Positions 33,628 through 42,108 of a DNA stretch of 64,000 nucleotides are shown piece by piece (the first letter of the stretch is position 1; each line of letters starts with the position of its first letter). The DNA is from an uncultured Bdellovibrionales bacterium. Its GTDB lineage: Bacteria > Patescibacteriota > Minisyncoccia > Moranbacterales > UBA1568. Location: positions 78,031 through 142,030 of the forward strand of contig CAYUIR010000001.1 in NCBI GenBank assembly GCA_964444815.1, given 5' to 3'. The notes under the pieces were generated by a model, which was given only the letters and a program-made list of their open reading frames with translations, was not told the origin of the DNA and did not search any database. Made by a program: the position numbers and the translations under genes.

Positions 33628-34149
33628 TTAAATTTTCTCTTTTAGAATTTTGTTGATGAACTCTAGCTTTCTTCGATAATATTCTCGCGTTGATAGGCCG
33701 TTGCCAGACTCTTTCAATCTTCTGTATTCTTCCAGCTTGGCTGGGTCGCTTCGCAGGATAGTCTCAAATTTTACCAAGTTTTTCCAGTCGACACTCTCTT
33801 CATTGATCGGGAAAATGTCGATATGTTTGCCGTTTTCCTCTGTAACAAACCGGGCTCGTTTCAGAGGGTAGAAACTTCTGGGCTCACCAAAGCGTGACTT
33901 CAAAGCCTCGACTAACGCTTCAAATCTCGCTGGACTTACTGGGAGGTACACATCAATTTCGTCCTGACCAGATATACCGAGACTCGTCGCGCCATGATGC
34001 TCTATCCTGACATCCTGTCCCAAAGCCTCCTGTATCTTGGCTCTTACCCTTTGAAACTTCTCTTCCGCCGTAATATCAAATGGAACTATCGTGATAGTTT
34101 TGATATCCGATAGGCGTGCAATCCACTTTTCCTGTTCAGGTGTTAACAT
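33628..34149 (-). CDS. GrpB-like nucleotidyltransferase-fold protein
   Basis: IEHHGATSLGISGQDEIDVYLPV...HIDIFP pattern recalled from the GrpB family. The start overlaps the upstream stop (TAATG). Confidence 0.6.
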   Translation of the reverse strand: MLTPEQEKWIARLSDIKTITIVPFDITAEEKFQRVRAKIQEALGQDVRIEHHGATSLGISGQDEIDVYLPVSPARFEALVEALKSRFGEPRSFYPLKRARFVTEENGKHIDIFPINEESVDWKNLVKFETILRSDPAKLEEYRRLKESGNGLSTREYYRRKLEFINKILKEKI

Positions 34150-34439
34150 TATTTACTTTTTCTAAGCTTCACTTCTAGAATAAGTGCTGAACCAATAAAG
34201 AGTATGAAGTCAAAAAGAAGCTTAGCTACTGAAAAGCCATACTCTTTTTCAAAAGTGTAGGCACCTATGTAGACTTCATTCGGACCTTCCCAAATAAATG
34301 GGAGCGGAAAACCCACTATTACTTTTGGTGAGTCTGCAGTAAGCATAAGAGGAATTAGCTGCAAAGTTAGCCCGATGAGTATTGTGACAATCAATAGAAA
34401 GAGTTTACTTGGTCTCATAGAACTATGGCCTCTCACCAT
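34149..34439 (-). CDS. small membrane protein (96 aa, 3 TM)
   Basis: Hydrophobic helices. Coupled to the GrpB-like gene by a 1-nt overlap. AT-rich. Confidence 0.5.
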   Translation of the reverse strand: MVRGHSSMRPSKLFLLIVTILIGLTLQLIPLMLTADSPKVIVGFPLPFIWEGPNEVYIGAYTFEKEYGFSVAKLLFDFILFIGSALILEVKLRKSK

Positions 34440-34476
34440 TCTTGTTGGCGATAGAGAGGATGAAGTTTATATTAAG

Positions 34477-35025
34477 CTAAGCAATAGTTATAAGCTGAAC
34501 TCCGGCTGGAATTTTTGCTTCTACAATCTCATGAACAAGGCCTATGTTCTTCGCTTCTTCTGAGGAGATAATCCCCCCTTTTCTCATTAAGTCATCAATT
34601 ACTTTATAATCAATCCCGGTAAAGTCACTAACATTCTTTGCGATGTTCTCTCTGTCTCGTCTAAGAGTAGCCAATCTTTCACCTAACTGCTCTTCAGTTA
34701 AGCTGGACTGCCCGAAGTTTGCCATGACCCCGTGAAATAAAAAGGATGAGTTTTTCTGAGCGAGACGCTTAGTGCCAGCAGAAAATATCACGCTTGCAAT
34801 TGAATCAATTTGTCCAACATTATGGACATTAATTGGTATCGGCGAAGACTTGATAAGAGTCGCAATATTCATACCATCAAAAACGCTTCCACCGGGAGAC
34901 GAGATAAGAATATTAATTTCAGTAAATTGGCTATTGATAGCAGTTGTAATTGCACCAAGAAGCTGTCCAGCAGACTGAGAGTTTACGCCAGCCTGAAAAA
35001 TTATATATAGTTGCTTCATATCCAT
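34477..35025 (-). CDS. ClpP-fold serine protease-like protein (stand-alone)
   Basis: ISSPGGSVFDG, GQIDSIASVIF (compare ClpP GQAASMG), FLFHGV (compare MIHQP), EEAKNIGLVHEIV (compare EA..YGL.D). Confidence 0.65.
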   Translation of the reverse strand: MDMKQLYIIFQAGVNSQSAGQLLGAITTAINSQFTEINILISSPGGSVFDGMNIATLIKSSPIPINVHNVGQIDSIASVIFSAGTKRLAQKNSSFLFHGVMANFGQSSLTEEQLGERLATLRRDRENIAKNVSDFTGIDYKVIDDLMRKGGIISSEEAKNIGLVHEIVEAKIPAGVQLITIA

Positions 35026-35690
35026 TATTGCTTAGCTATCTTTCTAATTACATCTACTGCCGGAGAATTATAAATAAATTCTACCTGCGAACTTACCTCC
35101 GTAAGAATACTGTGTGCATTTCCAGTTGCCGTAAACTCGATGTGGATCTGTCCGGGTTGTGGCATGGGTTGACCGGGGACATTCATTGCTTGTAAACCAG
35201 GTTGAACAATAACTGGTGCGCTTGTTGTAGACTGAACTGGAGAAATCTTCTGATCTGCAATTCTTCTAATCAAATAGTCAAGAAACTCTACACTGGAATA
35301 GAATCGACTTATAGTATCTGCTCCGGTTTCCTCAAGTTCTGAGATGAACAAATGTATACTATTGTTCCAACTATTTGTTGGTAAAAGGGTGTGTGATAAT
35401 CGATAGGTATGGTTATTTAATCTGGCTTCTCTAATCTTTTGTTCCGCACTACGTATTTCTTGGAGGATGAGACTAGCAATATCGCGTTTCTGGTCCTGCT
35501 TTTGTTTCAAATACAAATAGTAAGCAACAAATGCTGTAAAAAGAGTTAGGACAGCCACGAAAAACTGAGAATTAAGTGCCAACCAAACTTTTGGAAAGTT
35601 TTCAATTACGGCACTTAATATAAAGATTGCCCCAGCTAATAGCGCCGATGAAGTAACTACATATGTTGCAATGTTAAATACTTTTTTCAT
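35025..35690 (-). CDS. 2-TM membrane protein with helical/Pro-Gln-rich ectodomain
   Basis: 221 aa, two N-terminal TM helices. The stop overlaps the ClpP-like ATG by 1 nt. Confidence 0.5.
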   Translation of the reverse strand: MKKVFNIATYVVTSSALLAGAIFILSAVIENFPKVWLALNSQFFVAVLTLFTAFVAYYLYLKQKQDQKRDIASLILQEIRSAEQKIREARLNNHTYRLSHTLLPTNSWNNSIHLFISELEETGADTISRFYSSVEFLDYLIRRIADQKISPVQSTTSAPVIVQPGLQAMNVPGQPMPQPGQIHIEFTATGNAHSILTEVSSQVEFIYNSPAVDVIRKIAKQ

Positions 35691-35716
35691 ACAGTTTAGT
35701 ATTTAGTTAATTATAT

Positions 35717-35775
35717 AAAAGCGGGGCGAAATGCCCCGCTTTTATGCTACTCTTATTTCTTTTCTTCTTCAACTT
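35717..35775 (-). repeat. copy r1 of the dnaK 3' end + terminator repeat
   Basis: AAAAGCGGGGC-GAAAT-GCCCCGCTTTTATGCTAC-TCTTATTTC..., also serving as terminator of the 217-aa gene. Confidence 0.8.
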
Positions 35776-36406
35776 TGCTTTCAGGCGCCCCGTCTGAAGC
35801 CGAGGTAGGCTCAGATTGTACTACTTCTGAAAGCTGTGGTCTTGATGGCACATATGGGGATAAGAGATTCTCACTCCCCTTATGTTCCGGCGACAATTGA
35901 GTGAGATTCTTAGGTTCACCGTTCATATTATTAAAGTTAATGGCAGAAAAGATAAGAATTGAAACAAGGGCGAAAATAAATGTCGATATAGTTATATAGT
36001 TTGTTCTTGTGATACTTTTACCGTACTTCCGTGGAGGAATAAACCCAACAATACTACTACTATTCATAAACATCCGGTCCATGGGAGAGATATCTGCATA
36101 CCACTTGTCTAACGATAGAATTTGATCTTCACTTTGCCAAGTGCTCAACAGATACCCAATTATCTGTGATACTATTGAAATGCTCAGTAGTATCCAAGAA
36201 ATAAAGAGAAGTGATGTGAAATCAAAATGGAGATTCGTATTAAATACGACATTAACAGAGAGAACAAAAACACCTGTAACTAGGTAGAGCAACATCTTAT
36301 CAAGAGCGTTTTGAGAAGAAAGATGATGTGTACGGGCCTGCTCTCTAGTTCTGTTGTAATAATCTTGAGCCTCTTCAAAACTTAAGTTTGGCATATGTTT
36401 ATCCAA
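35753..36406 (-). CDS. polytopic membrane protein (217 aa)
   Basis: 3-4 TM helices and a C-terminal acidic/Ser-rich tail ending EEEKK. AT-rich. Confidence 0.5.
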   Translation of the reverse strand: MDKHMPNLSFEEAQDYYNRTREQARTHHLSSQNALDKMLLYLVTGVFVLSVNVVFNTNLHFDFTSLLFISWILLSISIVSQIIGYLLSTWQSEDQILSLDKWYADISPMDRMFMNSSSIVGFIPPRKYGKSITRTNYITISTFIFALVSILIFSAINFNNMNGEPKNLTQLSPEHKGSENLLSPYVPSRPQLSEVVQSEPTSASDGAPESKVEEEKK

Positions 36407-36463
36407 AAGCGGGGCATTTCGCCCCGCTTTTATGCTACATCTTATTTTTTCTCTTCGCTAGGC
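36405..36463 (-). repeat. copy r2: dnaK terminator + last dnaK codons
   Basis: AAAAGCGGGGC-ATTTC-GCCCCGCTTTTATGCTAC-ATCTTATTTT. The loop is the reverse complement of the r1 loop. Confidence 0.8.
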
Positions 36464-38364
36464 TTTTCCTCTGCAGGCTCGGTCTCGGCGTCCTTCGGAG
36501 CATCAGCCGTACCCTCGGCCTTAGCTTCACCGGCAGCACCCTGCTTGGCGGCCTCAGCTTCGGAAGTGGCCTTATACAGCTTCTCGCCAATCTTCTGAGC
36601 TGCTTGGGAGAGGACTTCGGTCGCTTTCTTGATAGCGTCGAGGTCGTCACCGTTCTTCACCTTGTTGAGCTCTGTGATGGCATCCTCTACCGGCTTCTTC
36701 TCTTCGGCCGTGATCTTGTCACCGGCGTCTTTCATGGCTTTCTCTGTGGTGTATGAGAGCGTGTCGGCCATGTTGCGAGCTTCGATGAGGGCCTTCTTGT
36801 TCTTGTCTTCTTCGGCGTGGAGCTCGGCATCTTTCTTCATGCGCTCGATTTCGTCTTTCGACAAACCGGTCGATGATTCGATGCGGATGTTTTGGCTCTT
36901 GCCAGTCGCTTTGTCCTTGGCGGACACGGTGAGGATACCAGAGGCATCGATATCAAATGTCACCTCAATCTGTGGCACACCCCGGGGAGCCGGCATGATG
37001 CCATCGAGGATAAACTGACCGAGCGACTTGTTGTCCCCTGCCATCTCGCGCTCACCCTGGAGCACATGGATCTGGACCGACGGCTGATTGTCAGAGGCGG
37101 TCGAGAATACCTGGGAGCGACTGACTGGCACCGTGGTGTTGCGGTCGATGAGCGGGGTACGGACTCCGCCCATGGTCTCGATACCAAATGTGAGCGGAGT
37201 AACATCGAGGAGGAGGACATCTTTGACTGAGCCTTCGAGCACACCACCCTGGATAGCGGCACCGAGAGCGACCACTTCATCCGGGTTCACCGTGATGTTG
37301 GGCTTCTTGCCAAAGAATTTCTCTACTTCGGCGAGGACGAGAGGCATGCGGGTCATACCACCGACCAGGACCACTTCGGAGAGGTCCTTTACATCAATCT
37401 TGGCATCGGCGAGGGCCTTCTTCACTGGTTCAAACGAAGCCTTGACTAAATCCCCGACCAATTCTTCGAGCTTGGCCCGAGAGAGTTTGATGAGAAGGTG
37501 CTTGGGACCAGAGGCATCGGCGGTGATAAACGGCTGGTTGATTTCGGATTCCTGCGCGGTCGAGAGTTCAATCTTGGCCTTTTCAGCGGCTTCCTTGATG
37601 CGCTGGAGGGCGAGTGGGTCCTTGGACAGGTCGAGTCCTTCTTGCTTCTTGAATTCATCGAGGATCCAGTGGATGATGCGCTGGTCAAAGTCGTCACCAC
37701 CGAGATGCGTATCACCATTGGTCGAGCGGACTTCTACGGTGTCTTCGGATACTTCGAGGATAGAGATATCGAACGTCCCACCACCGAGGTCATAGACGGC
37801 GATCTTCTCGTCTTTCTTCTTATTGAAGCCATAGGCGAGAGCAGCAGCCGTCGGCTCGTTGATGATACGACGGACATTGAAGCCAGCGATTTCTCCGGCT
37901 TCCTTAGTCGCCTTGCGCTGTGAGTCATCGAAGTAAGCCGGGACCGTGATGACGGCATCGGTGATTTTCTCCCCGAGCTTTTCCTCAGCATCGGCCTTGA
38001 GCTTGGCCAAGACCATGGCGCTTATCTCCTGTGGGCTATACTCCTTGCCACCCATGACGATCTTGACGCCTTCACCGGCCTGGACCACCTTGTACGGCAG
38101 GGTCTTCATATCACGCTGGGCATCTTCGTCACTAAAGTGTCGTCCGATGAGACGCTTGACCGAGAAGAGTGTATTCTCTGGGTTGGTCACACTCTGACGC
38201 TTGGCGAGGAGCCCCACCAGACGCTCACCAGTTTTTGACACGGCGATCATCGACGGAGTCGTGCGATTACCTTCTTTGTTCTCGATAATGGTCGGGGTCC
38301 CACCCTCCACGAATGCCATGGCAGAGTTGGTTGTCCCGAGATCGATTCCTAATATCTTGGCCAT
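36442..38364 (-). CDS. dnaK: molecular chaperone DnaK (Hsp70)
   Basis: [27 protein letters not shown], full-length 640 aa. Confidence 0.98.
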   Translation of the reverse strand: MAKILGIDLGTTNSAMAFVEGGTPTIIENKEGNRTTPSMIAVSKTGERLVGLLAKRQSVTNPENTLFSVKRLIGRHFSDEDAQRDMKTLPYKVVQAGEGVKIVMGGKEYSPQEISAMVLAKLKADAEEKLGEKITDAVITVPAYFDDSQRKATKEAGEIAGFNVRRIINEPTAAALAYGFNKKKDEKIAVYDLGGGTFDISILEVSEDTVEVRSTNGDTHLGGDDFDQRIIHWILDEFKKQEGLDLSKDPLALQRIKEAAEKAKIELSTAQESEINQPFITADASGPKHLLIKLSRAKLEELVGDLVKASFEPVKKALADAKIDVKDLSEVVLVGGMTRMPLVLAEVEKFFGKKPNITVNPDEVVALGAAIQGGVLEGSVKDVLLLDVTPLTFGIETMGGVRTPLIDRNTTVPVSRSQVFSTASDNQPSVQIHVLQGEREMAGDNKSLGQFILDGIMPAPRGVPQIEVTFDIDASGILTVSAKDKATGKSQNIRIESSTGLSKDEIERMKKDAELHAEEDKNKKALIEARNMADTLSYTTEKAMKDAGDKITAEEKKPVEDAITELNKVKNGDDLDAIKKATEVLSQAAQKIGEKLYKATSEAEAAKQGAAGEAKAEGTADAPKDAETEPAEEKPSEEKK

Positions 38365-38384
38365 ATGATTATATTTACTACTTT

Positions 38385-38405
38385 AATTACGTACTCAATT
38401 ACTTA
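38385..38405. promoter_or_regulatory. TACGTAATT-like site C just upstream of dnaK
   Basis: Plus strand AATTACGTA-CTC-AATTACTTA, which in minus sense is TAAGTAATT-GAG-TACGTAATT. Lies 21-41 nt upstream of the dnaK ATG. Confidence 0.5.
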
Positions 38406-38465
38406 TTATTGGCGATAGCCCCGCTCATGAGCTCCCCCACACTGGTGAGGGAGCCGAGCGCGTGG

Positions 38466-38873
38466 CTACTTCACCGATACCGTGACCTTCTTGGGTTTCA
38501 CGGATTCCTCCTTGGGCATCGTGATGGTGAGAACGCCCTTGTCATAGTGTGCTTGGGCGTCACTTCCCTTCACGGCCATCGGGAGGACGACTGAGCGAGA
38601 GAAGCTCCCGGTGCGGACTTCCTTCCGGTAATAGTCCTCACGCTTCACTTCCTGCTTTTCCTCAGAGCTGCCGCTCACGGTCAGAACATCATTTTCGATA
38701 GTGATGTCGACCTTGGCGGGATCGATACCTGGGACGGAGAGTTCGGCCACGACGTTGTCCTTGTCCTGATAGACATCGAGCGCCGGGAAGAAATCTACTG
38801 CCCCGAGGAACTCATCTCCGAAGAATCGGCTGAGGTCGTTCGTTGGCATAAATGGGATAAGATGGCGTGTCAT
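38466..38873 (-). CDS. Hsp20/alpha-crystallin small heat-shock protein
   Basis: ALDVYQDKDNVVAELSVPGIDP...GVLTITMPK. Start set at ATG 38873, which has AAAGGAGGTGA 7 nt upstream. Confidence 0.88.
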   Translation of the reverse strand: MTRHLIPFMPTNDLSRFFGDEFLGAVDFFPALDVYQDKDNVVAELSVPGIDPAKVDITIENDVLTVSGSSEEKQEVKREDYYRKEVRTGSFSRSVVLPMAVKGSDAQAHYDKGVLTITMPKEESVKPKKVTVSVK

Positions 38874-38933
38874 ATGGTTCTCACCTCCTTTCATTGCATT
38901 GATGATTGTTAACGGTAGATTGTCGATTGAATA

Positions 38934-39563
38934 CTACGAAACGCTCACTCTGGCTGGCCTGACTACTTTCGTACCTACTTTGTATCCCTTCTGAAGTACC
39001 TTGGCGATTTTATGTCCTTTCTCTTCGCTTCCCTCTGCACCTTCGACAGGCTCTGGACCTCCAGTTCCTTCGGAACTTACGGCTTCATGAAGACTGGGGT
39101 CAAAGAGTTCGCCGGGTGTGGCATCTATCATAGTCACTCCATTTTCTGTCAGTACTGTTTCCAATTGTTTCTCAATGTACTGGATACCCGTCACCCAAGG
39201 ACTGTCCTTTTGTTCGGGTGGGACATGCGACGTCGCGGCGCGGAAGTTGTCGAGGACCGGGACGATATCGAGTACAAGCTTCTCTATGAGATATCCGCCG
39301 AGCTCCTTCTGCGATTCTGCCTGCCGTTTCTTGTAGTTTTCAAAGTCCGCTTGGGTCCGCTTTAGGTCGGTCAAATATTCTTCTGCTTTGACCTGCCACT
39401 CCGACTTTTCTTCATCAGTGTTTTCATTCGTCATCGGCTCTTCGCCTGCTTGCTCCTTGCTACTCTCTTCTTCCTCCTCATTCATTGTTGGTTTTTTCTT
39501 AAGCATATGTTTGCGCATTATTTTATTAGGATGAGCGAGTGAGAGCACTCTTGGCGATTTCAA
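38934..39563 (-). CDS. grpE: nucleotide exchange factor GrpE
   Basis: YLTDLKRTQADFENYKKR...VLDNF...H.A. Several in-frame ATGs, so the N-terminus is uncertain. Confidence 0.88.
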   Translation of the reverse strand: MKSPRVLSLAHPNKIMRKHMLKKKPTMNEEEEESSKEQAGEEPMTNENTDEEKSEWQVKAEEYLTDLKRTQADFENYKKRQAESQKELGGYLIEKLVLDIVPVLDNFRAATSHVPPEQKDSPWVTGIQYIEKQLETVLTENGVTMIDATPGELFDPSLHEAVSSEGTGGPEPVEGAEGSEEKGHKIAKVLQKGYKVGTKVVRPARVSVS

Positions 39564-39623
39564 ATTGTCTTTGGCGTTCTTCTTCAGTCATGACCTCTGG
39601 TTCTTCTGCTTCGGTGTCTTGGT

Positions 39624-40370
39624 CTACCATACCTGTGGGATGAAGATAATCATCACTCCCATCGAGGTCCCGAGGAACTTGCGCATGTATTCGATGAGGG
39701 ATTTGTTCTTGGCGTAGTCCATCCGCTTGGGTCCGATGATAGCGAGCATCCCGCGTCCTTCGTCAGTCTGGTACGGCGCGACGATCATCGAGCAGTTGTC
39801 GATACCAGTGATAGGATTCTCATTGCCGATAAAGATGCGCGTTTCGCCGTCTTTGAGCGTAAGCATGATACCGTCGAGCTTTTCATCCAGCGTATCAAGC
39901 GTTTCTACTAGGCGACACAGTTCATCGATTTCTTGGAATTCTGGCTTCTCGATCATCTCTCGCATCCCAAAATCATAGAGCTCGTCCTTGCCTACCATGC
40001 CCGATACCGCAAGGTTGCCTGAGAACGCAGAGAGGAGCTTGGCGGTACTCCGACTGAGGCGAGTGTTCTTGGCCTTCATCATGAGGAGCTCTTTCTGGAG
40101 TCGGCGCTGATCCTCACGCGAGAGATCGGTATCACCCATCATTTCCTCCACATACATCCGATACCCGAGGTCAGTCGGGATGCGTCCAGCGGAGACGTGG
40201 GGCTGGTAGAGGTACCCGGCTTCTTCGAGCGATGCCATGTCGTTCCGGAGGGTCGCGCTACTCACACCGAAGTCATAGTGCTCAAGGAGCGCTTGGGACC
40301 CTACCGGCACGGCGGTCTTGGTGTAGAGCTCGACGATAGCGGAGAACAATTGTTTTTGACGATCGATCAT
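39624..40370 (-). CDS. hrcA: heat-inducible transcription repressor HrcA (short, 248 aa)
   Basis: Winged-helix N-terminus (LFSAIVELYTKTAVPVGSQALL...SSATLRNDMASLEEAGYLYQPHVSAGRIPT). CIRCE lies upstream. Confidence 0.88.
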   Translation of the reverse strand: MIDRQKQLFSAIVELYTKTAVPVGSQALLEHYDFGVSSATLRNDMASLEEAGYLYQPHVSAGRIPTDLGYRMYVEEMMGDTDLSREDQRRLQKELLMMKAKNTRLSRSTAKLLSAFSGNLAVSGMVGKDELYDFGMREMIEKPEFQEIDELCRLVETLDTLDEKLDGIMLTLKDGETRIFIGNENPITGIDNCSMIVAPYQTDEGRGMLAIIGPKRMDYAKNKSLIEYMRKFLGTSMGVMIIFIPQVW

Positions 40371-40448
40371 AGGAAGAAGCTTTTAGCTTATAGGCATTAG
40401 CTTGTAGGAAATACCCCGGGAAATATCATAAAACTTCAATACAATTTC

Positions 40449-40489
40449 ATTATAATAAGTGGTTAGCACTCTGTCAAGTCGAGTGCTAA
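40449..40489 (-). promoter_or_regulatory. hrcA operon promoter (TTGACA-17-TATAAT) overlapped by a perfect CIRCE
   Basis: CIRCE TTAGCACTC-N9-GAGTGCTAA at 40463-40489. The -35 TTGACA (40477-40472) lies in the CIRCE spacer. The -10 TATAAT is at 40454-40449. Confidence 0.9.
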
Positions 40490-40507
40490 TTGGAAGTTTT
40501 TGGCACG

Positions 40508-40570
40508 CCACCACACCAATATTAAAGCTTTATAAAAGCAATTTTTCGAGAGTGGTCATTGGTGTGGTGG
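40508..40570. repeat. 13-bp inverted repeat with AT-rich 37-nt loop
   Basis: CCACCACACCAAT (40508-20) and ATTGGTGTGGTGG (40558-70). Confidence 0.7.
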
Positions 40571-40573
40571 AAT

Positions 40574-40626
40574 AAAAAAAGCCCGCCCGAATCGCAATGA
40601 TAAGTTGCGAATCGTTGCGGGCGGGC
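40574..40626 (-). terminator. long hairpin terminator of the yidD-led operon
   Basis: GCCCGCCCGAATCGCAA...TTGCGAATCGTTGCGGGCGGGC, with a T7 run on the minus strand. Confidence 0.75.
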
Positions 40627-40668
40627 CCTCTGGAGAGCCTCCATTGGACTTATTGAACCAGGCCTGAG

Positions 40669-40872
40669 TTAGCCCGGCTTGCAAGCATGCTTGCAATCGA
40701 TAGTGCAGACATTGCTCCGCGGGTCAAAGTGCCGGCGCGCCAACTTTGGCACGAGGCTAATGACCGTTGAGGCATGCTGTTTGCGAGTTGCTTCACGGCA
40801 GGGCACTTCTCTCCCCTTGCCACCATGGGAGGCCGTGCGATGCTTCGACTTCACTGAATGACTCTTGCCCAT
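40669..40872 (-). CDS. small basic protein with C-terminal CTIDCKHAC (67 aa)
   Basis: GGAGGAA Shine-Dalgarno 5 nt before ATG 40872. Last gene before the terminator. Confidence 0.5.
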   Translation of the reverse strand: MGKSHSVKSKHRTASHGGKGREVPCREATRKQHASTVISLVPKLARRHFDPRSNVCTIDCKHACKPG

Positions 40873-40884
40873 GTTTTCCTCCTG

Positions 40885-41106
40885 TCATTGACCAGGGCGG
40901 TTGAGGGCAATGGCCACGCGGTGGCACAAGGGATGATCCGGACACGGCCTCGTGCTGTAGGCACACGGTTCTGAGCTGTACTGCCACGATGCATGACGGA
41001 GATTCGTACTCACACCGAGACGATTGCACCAGGTGCCCTGCTCAGGGAGTATAGTCACCGCCTCGACATCGGACGGAGTCATTCCGGACATGAGTGTTGT
41101 CTGCAT
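40885..41106 (-). CDS. small Cys/His-rich protein (73 aa)
   Basis: AGGAGA Shine-Dalgarno 4 nt before ATG 41106, 9 nt after the upstream stop. Confidence 0.5.
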   Translation of the reverse strand: MQTTLMSGMTPSDVEAVTILPEQGTWCNRLGVSTNLRHASWQYSSEPCAYSTRPCPDHPLCHRVAIALNRPGQ

Positions 41107-41114
41107 GCTGTCTC

Positions 41115-41510
41115 CTAACGGTTGTGGGTGTGGGGACGATTGGAGCGGTGCCAGGGCCAGCGTCGATGATGCGCGGGACCATAGGGTGAATACCCCGACG
41201 TTGACCGCATGACGCGCTTTGTACGAGAAAGCACAGTCACTGCCGGCTCGACAAAGGTGAGGTTGTCGAGCCTCAGCTCCCCGAGGTCGGGGCACTGGTC
41301 CAAATCACCCGCGACAGCCTCGAGGAGTTGTGCTATCGCATCGCTGTCCGCGAAAATGCGGACGCGACCGGTGGACACGCGCCCAAAGAGGGCGCCGGGT
41401 TCACGCAGAGAATCTGCTTGCTCATCGGTCAAGAAGACCACACCGACATGCACGGCCAACCCAGCCGTGACAACCACGGCGGGGTCCTGATCATTTTCAT
41501 CGATCATCAT
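41115..41510 (-). CDS. hypothetical protein (131 aa)
   Basis: GAGGAGG Shine-Dalgarno. ATGA overlap with the upstream gene. The Arg/His/Pro-rich C-terminal tail looks odd. Confidence 0.45.
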   Translation of the reverse strand: MMIDENDQDPAVVVTAGLAVHVGVVFLTDEQADSLREPGALFGRVSTGRVRIFADSDAIAQLLEAVAGDLDQCPDLGELRLDNLTFVEPAVTVLSRTKRVMRSTSGYSPYGPAHHRRWPWHRSNRPHTHNR

Positions 41511-41794
41511 GCCTCCTCGAATTTTTCAAGAAATCGCTGGGCCCGCTCGTTCCGTCTTGCCAGTGCCAGTTCGTCAAGCCTGTCTTCACAGGCCTTCGAA
41601 CAGGTACCTGAAAAACGACTACTCTTTCCCGGTACATCGTGTCGACCGTACGGGAATTGGAACCCGGCACCACACACGATGCAGTGTCCATTGATGAGCG
41701 GAAGAGATTCTGCGGGCGCATGCCCGACTTCTGTGGCCTTCACTGCCTTACTCCAGTTTGTTAACGATCTATACGACAGGGTCATAGCCCCCAT
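41507..41794 (-). CDS. zinc-ribbon protein (HCIVCG...GTCSKAC) with helical tail
   Basis: 92-95 aa. The start (41785 or 41794) overlaps the yidD 3' end in another frame. Confidence 0.5.
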   Translation of the reverse strand: MGAMTLSYRSLTNWSKAVKATEVGHAPAESLPLINGHCIVCGAGFQFPYGRHDVPGKSSRFSGTCSKACEDRLDELALARRNERAQRFLEKFEEA

Positions 41795-42005
41795 CGTTCC
41801 ACGGATGGCAGCGGATGATGCGCTTGGCACCGATCCAACTTCCTCGGAAGACTCCATACCGGGCGATAGCCTGATAGGAATACTCTGAGCAGGTAGGATA
41901 GAAGCGACAGAACCGCATCGGTATGACTCGACCGATAATCCCATGATCAAAAGAAAGGGTCTTTTGATACATGCGGATGATGCCGAGAGCGATACTTTTG
42001 AACAT
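41769..42005 (-). CDS. yidD: membrane protein insertion efficiency factor YidD
   Basis: IRMYQKTLS...[19 protein letters not shown]...[20 protein letters not shown]. Confidence 0.9.
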   Translation of the reverse strand: MFKSIALGIIRMYQKTLSFDHGIIGRVIPMRFCRFYPTCSEYSYQAIARYGVFRGSWIGAKRIIRCHPWNDGGYDPVV

Positions 42006-42019
42006 ATCGTCATTGTCCC

Positions 42020-42048
42020 TTGTTTCCAGCTTTTGTCAATGGTATAAT
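42020..42048 (+). promoter_or_regulatory. corA promoter (TTGTTT-17-TGGTATAAT)
   Basis: Extended -10 TGGTATAAT, with the TATAAT hexamer at 42043-42048. Confidence 0.5.
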
Positions 42049-42108
42049 GTTGAGGAAACAAACACAAAAAGATTCTCAGCCCACAGGGCTGATGAGTCCT
42101 CTGGCTCA

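Noticed and set aside
35717-36438. Integron-like attC sites for the repeated hairpins bounding AT-rich cassettes.
   Set aside because: The hairpins are short perfect stems with T-runs, the ordinary terminator architecture. They lack extrahelical bases or R/L box structure, and no integron integrase or attI is present.
36629-37795. Long ORFs antisense to, or out of frame with, recognised genes. Examples: 36629-37018 and 37088-37795 inside dnaK, 1608-2360 in the LCP gene, 3516-4706 in ctp, 11249-12205 in gltX, 43111-43878 in cysS, 46637-47101 in dnaB, 24351-24926 in prfB, 47088-47579 in recR.
   Set aside because: The opposite strand or frame encodes full-length, motif-rich conserved proteins. 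The shadow ORFs have low-complexity Ser/Arg/Pro-rich translations typical of antisense frames in moderately GC-rich DNA.
41115-41295. A frameshift or pseudogene in the 131-aa ORF. It has an odd Arg/His/Pro-rich C-terminal 40 aa and is overlapped by ORF 40885-41295.
   Set aside because: This cannot be decided from sequence alone. The next gene has its own AGGAGA Shine-Dalgarno and an ATG 9 nt after the stop, so a simple two-gene reading suffices.
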